This document shows, piece by piece, positions 47,401 through 59,400 of a stretch of DNA of 64,000 nucleotides. The translations under genes were made by a program, and so were the position numbers. How positions within the stretch are numbered: the first letter of the stretch is position 1; every line of letters starts with the position of its first letter. The notes under the pieces were generated by a model. The model was not told where the DNA came from. It saw only the letters and a program-made list of their open reading frames with translations, and made no database searches. Source of the DNA: Mobula hypostoma (Eukaryota); NCBI RefSeq assembly GCF_963921235.1, contig NC_086097.1:125862001-125926000 (forward strand). The letters run 5' to 3'.

Positions 47401-50400
47401 AATATCTACTAATTATCACCTACCACAATCCTTCAACTGATCGATCTGCATTTTTCCATGATGATCGCCACTTAAAAAAATGTACTCTTGGGCAGAGGCT
47501 CTTAAAAGGTCCATCACCAAGAGTAGTTTTATAGAACAGCCGCTGATTAGCTCCAGAAGGACTTAGCTGTACCTATTTGAATCTGGTTGACTTGGTACTC
47601 ACCAATCTACCTGCCAGTGTCAACACTGGACATGATCATGTCCTTGCAAAAACCAAGTCCTGCCTTCACAATGAACACAACCATCATAACGTATGGTACT
47701 ATCCCTGCAGATATGCCCTGATGTAAACTAAATGGAACAATGGTTACCAAACAATTGGTCATTTCTGTCTAGAATACCTGCCCGACACTAACTCTTTTAG
47801 CATAGTAGATTTAGAACAGCACTTGGGAGTTCAAAATTTGGCACCTGTGAAACACAGTGGGGCTACAGTACAATTTACTCCATCACAATATCTACCATAT
47901 ATTTCTTGCTATGATTACTATCAAACCAAGGCTTGATGTAGATTTAAGAAATGTACAAGAGCATGCCAGTTGCAGCATTTGCCACACATATTCTGATGAG
48001 GTTATAATTAAGTTCAAGAACAATTAGATCAAATCTATAATCTTGACTCATCTAGTCCCCTTGGTCCTGAAGAATTAAAGTAAAATAACATAGCAGTGCT
48101 AAAATCATTCCCATCCTCAATGATGGCAGAGTCCAGTATATAGGTGCAAAAGAAAAGGCTGAATTATTTGCAACCACCTTTGGCCAGAAGAGTCAGATCA
48201 GAGTTCTGCCAATTCAATTTACTCCAAAAATTAGCTGAGCATTCTGAAGGAGGCAAAGACAAGTGACCTTGTAAACATTTACAGATGCAACCTAAAGACT
48301 TGCATTCCAGAAATGGTGGTCTATAGACAAGCTTTCTCATTACAGCCTAGAGGTGTCTTGTCCGTAAGTAGCTGGATGAAACTAATTTCCTAGTTGGCTC
48401 AATATGACAGAGTAACATGATGAACTTATCAAAGATGCTACAACTGGCAGGTGAATATATCTGGGTCTAGAATCCTGCCCTGAGGAACTCCTGCAGAGGT
48501 TCTGAGATGCTCAACTCATGAATCTGCATCTACCTTGCTTAGTGCCATACACAACTTCAGCCACAGCTAAGTTTTCTATTTCATCCCCACTGACTTTATC
48601 TTTACACAGCCTTAATGTCACACTCAGTCCAATGTTGCCTTGATATTATAGGCCTCTTATCCCCTGAACTCTTCAACTTATGTCCACACCAAGCCCATCA
48701 CTAGGTCTGGAGACAAAGTAATCTTGGTGAAAACCAAATTGGGCATTGGTGACTATGTGCCGCTTGATATCACTTTTCTGATGATCAAGATTAGACATAC
48801 ATAACAGTAATAAACAGAATAGATCCATCTTACTTTTATGACTTTTCCATATTTCCAGTATAATTGCAACTTTTACTGGGCCTGTTTGGCGAAGGGCTCA
48901 GTTCTGGAGTGCAAGACTTCTGTATTGCAACAAGGATGCTATACTGTACCTAGTGTATTCAGCTGTTTCTGGACATCACAAAGACAACTGAATTGGCTGG
49001 ATATTGGCTTCTGTTGTCCTGGGGATCTCAGAAGCATATGAAGATGGATTAGCTATTCAGCATTCCTGGCTAAGCATGAATGCGAATGCTTCAGTCTTTT
49101 CTTAGCACTTGCAGCACTGAGAACAGAGATCTTCTTGCAACCTCCTTTAATACCCTGAAAGTTATTGCTGCACCTCCCCTGATTATTTTGAGTAACGAAA
49201 ACAGTCCCCAAGTTTAGAAACTGCTCCAAACTTAGTACATTTGACAAAATGCCAAATGTACATTTTAAATTGAAATGTCATATGGGCAAAGGGCGTTCAT
49301 TACCTTTTGATCCTGACACTGTGCATATAATAATACAAACTCAGGAAACTTCTTGATTTATATCTTCCCATTTCTTAGTTTATGTTACTGCACTAATGGA
49401 TAAATAGCTTAAGTGAAGTAAGTATGCAATTACCCACATCTAAAATTCTATATAATTGTAAACCAAGTCCTGGATAATCATAGGTTATAAAGGACAAGGA
49501 CTGCCTGCAGTTAGCAAAAAAAAAACCACCAAGGCTCTCTTTGTATCCAATGTACCCCCAAAATAAACAAATAAGCCCGATGTTCTAAAAACATTAAAAA
49601 TGTATTCATAAACATTAAAATGTTAAAATACCTAAAGGAAAATTATATTAACAACCAGCTACCTTGATTGAATGCACTAACAGTCATTGATCAGTTTTGA
49701 AATTATAAGGAATAGAATATGTACACAAAGTCAGAATTCTAACACACGAGTATAAATACAGGAGTCACTTCATACAAGTGGTGTGGAAACCAGTTACCTT
49801 ACTTATACAGAGAATGATTAGTTACTTGATGTGTATGTGTGCACAGACACATCTGTTCAAAATTAAACCTAAAATGCAGCCGAGGGCCATGAATACACAG
49901 GTCTGTGCTCTGCAATCAAAGAATAATGGGGACTATATGCACAGCAATTTGAGTATAAGACCTTAAAAGCCTTTCATTGTATCTTACAATAACATTGGAA
50001 CATTTCTTTCTTAAAACTGCATTATTTTAGCATTAATTATACACACTAGTGTTCCAAATATTGCTCCTCTTTATAAACCAATGATCCAACTTCAGTACAA
50101 ATCTATCAATTTGCAATAAATTTTAAGCAAAAACTAAGCTGATCATTTTAATGAAAACTATTTTTGAACAATCAGGTGTAGTTTAGTACACTTGACATTT
50201 AACTTTAAAGCAACGAAGTTTATTTTTTAAATATAGATTCTAAGTTTGCACCCTTTGCCCTCCTGTCTAATATCCACTGTTGGACAAAACAAAAGCACTT
50301 TGTCCTTTTACAAAATGGTCAAATGCTCACTTTTCAATAGATACTGGAGACTAATTTCAGTAAACAAATATCTTGATCATCAAGATAAACCAAACTTGTG

Positions 50401-53400
50401 GAACTCTACATTTCAGAGAAACATTACAGGCAAGTAGCAAATTCGGATTTATGAAAAGAAAGAGGATGCAGTGACATGGTGATGCAGACAGAGAGGAGTG
50501 GTAGCAATCTAAATAAAATTTACCAATTTCACATCCCAACTCAAAATAGTAGGTTTTTAATGTGACTATTCACACCTTTGAGGAAATTGCATGTTTAGGT
50601 GGGGCAGAGTATATTTTTAAATATCACAACTGTTTGGGATAATTGAATGAACATCATTTTCTCAATCTTCACTGTTCACCTGGAAAAAAAAGTTACTTTT
50701 GAAAGCCTAAAAGATAAACTCAAATATTTTAAAAAATCAAAAGCACAACAAGAAAGCACTGTACTTGGTCATGCAGTTGTGCCTTAAAAGGTGCTGTTTT
50801 AAAAAAAACAACAAACAAACATGGAGGCATCCTGAAATTGAACCTTTCAATCATACTCCATTCAGGGAGGAGGCTACATAGCATCCACACCAGGACCACC
50901 AGACTGAAAAGCAGTTACTTTCCCCAAGCAGGAAGGCTGATCAACACCTCCATCCACTAACACACCCCTCCACCACTACTTTAACATTTCATGTCAGTTA
51001 CCTTATAATACTGACACTCCTGTACCTAGTGTCACTTAACAGACATACAATCAATGTGTACAAGCTATTTTTAGTGTTTATATTTATTGGGTTTTTGTTG
51101 TGTTCTTTATCTTAATTATGATTTTTTTGTGCTGCATCGGATCCAGAGTAACAATTATTTCTTTCTCCTGTACACACTTGTGTACTGGAAATGCAATACT
51201 CAAATGGAGATAAGTAATGCTCTAGTTTCACTGTCCAGAGTTTGCTGACAGAGGGAGATTTAAGAACATGTTTTCTAGTGTTCTTATTCTTGCTACTGGT
51301 GATTAGGAGAAAACACCTTGAAAAAGGCACAATGCTTGTAAAATTATCTTGGCTTCAAAATACCTCTTGATGAGCCTAGTCTGGGTAGAGAAGAGCGACG
51401 GAAGGAAGGATAACCAAAATAGCTGATATCTTCAGAAAACATAGCATCAGCATCTATGATGACACTCGGATGAGCAGAATGGATATCTGCATCCAGCAAT
51501 GACATGAGATCCTCTGAGAAGGGAACACAGCACTGTTAATAGTACAAAACAAGGTGCTTAAGTATGCGATATATGTTAGCTATATTATTCCAATTAAGAT
51601 TAGTATCATATATTTTACCCCCCCAATACAAAACAAAATAAGATCTGATTATCATGAGTAGAGTACAAATGTAAGCATTCTCCATGGTACAATGTTTAAT
51701 AAAACATACATACAAGTATATTATCTTTTATAGATGAAAATAAATATTTCTCGCTTTAAAATATTGTTGTTCCTGTAGAATCAGTTCTTCAATTGAGAAG
51801 TGAAAGCTAAAAGACCATTTTACATAAAGAGCTACAGAAATTAGATTCAAGTAGCATGTTTGATCGGATAAAATATATATCAAAATCTTTCAGAAATGAA
51901 ATTGGAAGATGGGTAGTAGTGACGCAAATCTGATTTAAGCTGTCTGAACAGCAATCTAAAACAGATAAGACTGAAAAGACAAGGAGGTTAACACTTAATA
52001 TGAAGCCTCAGGCTCCCTTAGTTACACACGGCCTACAAAAATTAGGCACAGTGTGACAGAAAATTTTCAAATTACAATTTCACAAAATTGAAGGACTTAA
52101 CTATACAAGAAAGCAAAACACATCTGAATCTGAAATCACAGAATCAAGCTCACAAACCTCCAGGCAAATATGATTCACTTGCTGTATCATCACCATCGTC
52201 TCCGTCTTCATCATCGCGGCTAAGTAGGTTATTTACAGCAAGATTAACATCCAAATTAGTCCTCTGTAGTTCCCGGATAATAACACTTCTGGATTTGCCT
52301 TGTAATACAACCTGTGCCTGTGTGTAAGAGAAAGAACTAAACTGGGGCAGAATGAAAATTTTGTTTCATTTAGAAACCCAAGACATTAATTTCTAGAATA
52401 AAGTGAAAACTCAAACATCATTTCCATTAACTATGAAACCTCTTATCATCTATTCCTGAGGTATGGTCAAGTAAGCTTGCAAATAAAACATAGGTAGAAT
52501 ACTACTAACACTATTGGGATGGCTGGCTATGTTAATGAAGTATTGCACTCTATGCCCTTCGAACTCAGCGTAGGACTGCCTTTCAGACTCCAGCTCCAGA
52601 TTTTTCCTTGAGGCTTACTCCTGAAATGTTCCCCATGAGCGGGTATAGCCACAAGGCAGTGGAGGTTTGAGATCAGAGTACAGAGAACATTTACGAGGAT
52701 GTTGCTGGGACTTAAAGGTCCTGACCTGGGTCATAGAGAAAGGCTGAATAAGTTAGGATTTTATTCCATGGCAAATAGGAGAATGAAGGGAGATTTGGTA
52801 GACATATGCACAATTATGAGGGGTATAGATAGGGTTAATGCAGGCAGGCATTTCCCACAGAGGTTGGGTGAATATAAAACAAAGGTCAAAGGTTAAGGGT
52901 GAAAAGTGAGATATTTAAGGGGAACCCAAGGGGGAACTTCTTCAGAGGGTGGTACTAGAGGAAGTGGTAGATGTGGGTTCTATTTCAAAATTTATTTATT
53001 TAGAGATATAGTGCAGAATAGGCCCTTTCTGTCCACAAGCTGCACCACCCAGCAACCTACCTATTTAACTGAAGCACAGGACAATTTACAATGACTAACT
53101 AACCTACTAACCAGTTCATCTCTGGACCATGAGAGGAAACATACGCATTCACGGGAAGGATGTTCAAACTTCTTGCATAGGATGCTAGAATTAAACTCCA
53201 ACGCCCCAAGCTGTAATAGCAAAGCGCTAACCACTACGCTACCAAACATGCAAGAAGTCTGGATAACCACCTGGATGGGACAGGTGTGGGTAATAGGCCT
53301 AGGTAGAATAACAGTGATACAACATCAGCGGTAGGGAAGCTACTGAGGGATAGGAATTTGTGCACATTTGAAACAACATGGCTTGGTTAGCAACAGTCAG

Positions 53401-56400
53401 CAAGGCTTTGTCGGGGGCAGGCCATGCCTCACAAACTTGAGTTTTTTGAGGCGGCGACAAAGGAGCTTGATGAGGGCAGGAACATGAACGTTATCTACAT
53501 GGAGGTTGATTCAGAAGATAAAGATGCATATAGGATTCAGAGTATATTGCATGCTTGAATTCAGAACAGGTTTTCCCATAGAAGACAGTAGGTTTGGAAG
53601 GCTATTATTCTGGCTGGAGGTCCATGACCTGTGCTGTTTTGCAAGAATCAGTGCTGGGTGCTCTGTTTGTAATAAATATTAATGATCTGGATGAAAATGT
53701 AGATGAGTGGATGACATCTAGATGGGTGAAGTCATGGACAATATAAAGACTAACAAGTAATACAGCAGGTCGGATAGGTCACAGATATGGGCAGAGAGCT
53801 GGCAGATGTTACTTAATCCAGGCAAGTGTGAGGTGATGCACATGGGGGCGGGAAGGGGGGCAGGATCAATGAAAGGAGAAAATATGTAGTTAATGTCAAA
53901 TCCCTTAATAGCATTGTGGTACAAGATCTCAGGTCCTGGTCCATAGCTCACTGGAAGTGGCTACTCAAAACATTAAGGTGGTAAAGGCAATATATGGCAT
54001 GCTTGGCCTCATTGGTAGGCGTGTTGAGTCATACTTCAGCCACATTAGAATTTAGGCACACCGTAGTTGGAATGTTGCGTGCAGTTCTGGTTGCCCTATT
54101 AGAGGTAGGATGTACAGATTCTGGCTTAAGATGGCGTTGCTGTAGGTGAGCGACAACTTACTGATGGTTAACAAATACAACTAAATACTTCATTAGTAAC
54201 ATTATTTTGTGGAAAAAATTATGGTAAATGATGAAGAGGTGAGCGAAACCAAAGCTGAGTTGAGGATCAAAATGTGCTGGTGCAAGGTGAAGTCAGGGCA
54301 AGGTTGAGGCAAGATTAAGGAATATTTGAGGCAAAGTCGAGGTGATCAGAGCAGAGCAAAAACAGATTCGTGGCCCATCCAGCTAAACCAAGAGCGAGGT
54401 TTGATTGATCTAAGTACTGGGCCGATTTGGAAAGGTCCAGCATGGGCCAAAATGTGGTGGCGGATCCAAGCCCAGTGAGTATTGATGTGACAGGGCCCGG
54501 GTCCTAATGAGAAAAATCATGTTTGGACGATTTAAATGGAGGACTAAATGGATTGAAAAGGCAGAGTGTCAGGACCAGAGGAAAGGATCGAGTCGGTTCT
54601 GCTCACTGCTCCATGATTTTCACTCCACTCTTTGCTGCACTGAGACTGCAGCATGGCTTGCTCTGGGCTCCACGACATTTACTCCGTTATGTGCCAAACT
54701 GAGAATGTGGCCTGCTCCGGGTTTCATGTCTTTGGGCTCTGCGACGTTTACTCCTCTATGTCCTAAACTGAGGCTGAGGCCGGCTCCAGGCTCCGTGCCT
54801 GAGGACCCACTTTCATTTAACTGCTATTTGCTTACTTTTATTGTTTGAATGATTTGTTTTTTTCCACTCTCTCTGCACATTGGGTGTGTGGCAGTCTTCT
54901 TTATAAATGGATTCTTTTGGGTTTCTAGTTTTGTGGCTGACTGTAAGGAGACAAATATCAAGGTTCTATAATGTACACACACTTTGAACTTTGAAACTGA
55001 AGAGGGTTTACCAAGATGCTGTAACGTTGGATAAACTTGGAATGTTCTCTCTAGAGTGTGAGGCTGAGTTGAGACCTGAGACAATTTTAATATTACATGA
55101 GGCATAAATAGTGCCCCAGAGTAGAAATATGAAATACCAGAGGACATGCTTTTAAGGTGGGGGGGAGGGGTAAGTTTAAAGACAATATGAGGGGCAAGTT
55201 GGGAGGGATTCATATTATACATAGGATATTTAGAATAAATTGGAATGTTCCTTTAGACAAAATTAAGAATCTCTGGGAACAAGACTTACAGACATCAATA
55301 TCTGAGGAAACTTGGAATGAAATTTTTAAACTGGTTAATACATCACCGCTACGTGCGCGCCATACCTTCATACAATTTAAGGTGGTACATAGAGTCCATA
55401 TGACTAAAGATAAGCTATATCGTTTTTATTCAGATATATCTCCCTACTGTGACAGATGCAATAATGGAGAAGCTTCATTAATTCATATGTTTTGGACTTA
55501 TCCATGTCTTGAAAAATATTGGAAGGAAGTTTTTCAAACTTTTTCTTTACTTTTCAAAGTCAATTTTAAGCCTAATCCTCTGACGGCCCTATTCGGTATT
55601 GTTGCTGGACAAGATATCAAGTTGAAGACATCTGATTTACATATCTTGGCCTTTAGCTCTCTTATAGCTAGGAGAGTGCTTTAAATGGAGAGATGTTTCT
55701 CCTCCTACTCATGCTCAATGGTTATGCGACGTCATGTCATGCTTAGATTCAGAGAAGATTCGTTGTTCAATTTCTGAATCTCTTCAAGACTTTCAAACAT
55801 TGTGGGGACCCTTCCTGAATTATTTTCAAAACCGTCAATTCGTTTAAATTTAGATGTTGGCTATTATTAATTTTTATTAAATGAGAAGGTATTTTACCTT
55901 TTTATCCTTAATAAACAGCTTCAGTCTTGGTAGGGGTTAGATTTTTTTTTATAATAAATTAGTATATTTCAATATAACTTTGACTAACCAAAATAAGGGG
56001 TAATGAGATTGTTATTATGAATGGATATAATTGGTAGTTGCTTTTTTTTTTACCTTTATATATACTTTTTTGTACTCTGCATTCTTTTATGTAGAAACTA
56101 ATAAAAATATTGAAAGAGAATAAATTGGCATCAAGATCTGCACAATGTTGTGGGTCAAATGGCTGTCCAGCGTTCTACTCTGTTTTATATTCATTCTATA
56201 ACTGGGCTAATTTTTTTTTCTTACAAGGGGATTGCAACCTTTAAGCAATATCAAATCTAAAATTATTCTGTACAGTTAAGCTATCAATTCCAAAAATAAA
56301 AGGTAACTAAAATTCTACGTGCAATTTCAAGGCTAAATGAAAAATTATTTGACATGGTATTACCTCTGAACTAATGTTTGTTAACCACGTCATTCAATGA

Positions 56401-59400
56401 ATAAACTTCACTACAAGTACACTTCAACTCTTTGAAGTACATTTAATATCAATGCATGTATACAGTACACAACCTAAGTTTAACCTACTTGAAGGCAGCC
56501 CAAAACAAAGCCATTTAAAGAAAATATCAAACTCCCAACGTACAAAATAAAAAACAAATTGCACAAATAGCAAAAAGTGAATAACACAGAATATTAAACA
56601 TCAAATCACAGGATCCTCGAAACAGTCTCAGGGTGTTCAGTTTCACACTGTGTTATTTGTTGACTGAAGGCCACAGAGCCAGTCTACGCCAAAGCGCCCT
56701 GATTAAATCATGCAAAACAGCAAAACAAGTAATCAGAAACCCATGTAACATGAACCACAGAATCCTCCAAAACAAGTTCACAGCTACGAGCACCGCTGAT
56801 CAAACCTTGTAGTGTGGGAGCCAGGACTCCTGCATATTCTGTAGGTAGCAGCGAGTGAGGGGGAAATGGATAGCGAGACCAGTCAAACGCGGTCAGACTG
56901 CACCAAACATGTGCTCTCATCCTCATTAATTTCAATTTTGCTCAACACTTAATTGGCGAGATCAGCAAGGTATAATGGAGGTGATCGTGAACTTGCACTC
57001 TGCCATCAGACCACATACTTTGCTCTCAACCTTGAACTCCCCCAGAGACAGCAAAAGTGCCAGATCGCTCAGTCGGCCCAAAAACACATTATCAAACTGC
57101 AAATTACAGCTTCCAATCACATGCAGTTTAGTAACAGAACTGCATTTAAAAGAAGTAGCTGCTTCGTGAACTGCCTGCAGAATGTCCCGTTGGTCGCACT
57201 GGCTGCTGGTACCATCTTGCAGTATATACTTGCATTTTGCTTACGTCAATTCTATTATCTGGCATTTAATGCTCAGTTAATACTTAAAAGTTCAAATTCT
57301 TCATTATCCTGACCCAACTTTGTTCACTGAATTTCAGGCTTTGTTCTACAAAATCTTTAAACTGAGCTGTCTCTAGGGAAAATGTTTGAAAACACTTCCA
57401 CAGACTGTATTGTACCAACGAAGTGATATCCCATTCTTATTCCTCCTTTAAAATTATATCATACAAAGTAGTTTGATGCTCTTCTGGAACGGAAATAGTT
57501 TCTTATACGCTACCTGAGAGATCAGTTCCTCTGGGATGACTGACGCTGGTATAACTGGCTGTGGCTGACTTCCCAGTAGTCCAGATCCTCGATCGCGACC
57601 AGTACGTATCACTCTAGTCTGCCTCCGCGAGTCCCTTGTCCCTGTGGATGATCTTCCTGAGGCCCCACCACTCACTCCAGAACTCCAACGACTCCTGAAT
57701 GCGCAATTCATGAAGTGTGTATTAGTTAAAACTAGTCTAAAAGCCATTGGAAAGGGATGAAAACAAAGGCTCAAAGAAACCTGTATGCATCATGAGAGAT
57801 TATAATATCCAAACCACCTTTATTAAATAAAAACTCCAGGAGCATTTTTTATATTTAAATGTTTTATTCTCAAATGAAAATAATAGCAAAAAGCAGAGGT
57901 TAAAATAATGCATTCCAGAACAGCCAACCATAGCTTGTAACAAGTGCAAGTGAATTGCAAGTACAAAATTCACAAACATGCATTAATGGGAATTTGGCAC
58001 AGTGCTATTATTTAATGGGTTTTTCAGCTAATGCTGGTCATTAAACCTCCATTTATCAAATTCCAATTTATGGAAGATACAAATACTTAAAAGATCAGTA
58101 GCAGTTCTTATTTATATAATTTGAGTATTTATTAACAATTTGTCTCCTTGCCTAAATATCTGAATTGTTTCCAGCCAGGATAAACAAAACATCCATTGTA
58201 AACACTCAAAATAGCAAACGGCAGAATCCTTCAGAGAGGGAAACCTTAGTTTTAATGAAGTACCAAGCCACCCTTGGTAAATATTCCAAAAGGTAGACTG
58301 GTTAGTCTTCAACAGTTTCATCTTTACACAAAATTTTTGGATTGCCTTTTAAAGTTCTTCAGTGCACAGGCAAATTCCCATGGCAACGGAAGACTGCACA
58401 ATGTAACTGTTGTTTCAACCTGTAATCACGTGTCAGATGATATTCCAATTGTATTTCTAATGCTTCCTAGCTAGATTCTGTTTATAATCGTATGCTAATG
58501 AAGCTGTTTTCAGAATCTCAGCTTTTTTTGGGCAATTTTGACAGTTCAAATATTAATTCTAGTAATTAATTGACAAGTATGCTTATTATTGCATTATAAC
58601 ATCAAATTCCATTTCACTGACCATTTACAACAGTTCATAGTTTGAATTATTAGTGGATGTAGTATAAACACTTCATCAACTGGACATGAACAGAATAAAG
58701 CATTTCTCACTTCGCAAATGCTTAAGGTAAGTGGCAGTGTTAGAAAAGCCGTCACGAAGATTACCATTCACAAATTCAAAAGAATATGTTTGTGCACGTA
58801 ATATTTATTATGACTGGGTCCAACTTAATTGTTAACATAGTATTTGGTAAAAGTAGGCAAGTGGTATTTAACAGCAGAAAGCCCATAAAGGAAACCAAGC
58901 AACCCACTTTAGCAGGAATAATGAGTCAGATTCCCAAATGCATCATGGCATGCGCTATGAATAACAGCTAAAATTTACATCCAGCAGTTTCAAGACAAGT
59001 TTTAACCACCCTAGCAATGTGTATTTCTTTGGCACGTGGGCTAATTTGAGGGTCATGATGACCTAGAACCCTGCCAAAACTTACCCAAGGGGGTTGCCTG
59101 CCAGTCTGCCCAGAGTATCAGAACCAGACAGAAACCATGGGGAATCACTACTCCTGCCTGGCCTGGAAGTCCTTCCTGTGCCTGAACCACTGCTCAACTT
59201 TGAACTGGAAACAAAGATGGGAGATGGGTTACAACACAGGTATCCCAAGCCTCGCAGCTTTCTGTATGACCAGACAGTGCAACACCCTTGGGCAATTTTT
59301 AGCTTTCAATATTTGTTCAGTTACTGCCAAGTTTTTTTTTTAAAAACAGATGTTCATAGTTTTGAGCATGGCTACAATTTGTTTATGATACTGATTTTTA

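Larger units (their letters stand above)
52555..55204 (+). mobile_element. Nested cluster of degenerate CR1 fragments with inserted SINE and non-autonomous elements
   Basis: CR1 3' piece (ORF 52699..52896), CR1 RT remnants 53320-54123 resuming at ~54995. Confidence 0.7.

Noticed and set aside
57696..57710. Small palindrome TGAAT-TGCGC-ATTCA at an acceptor with a weak pyrimidine tract
   Set aside because: A 5-bp stem is easily found by chance and has no further support.
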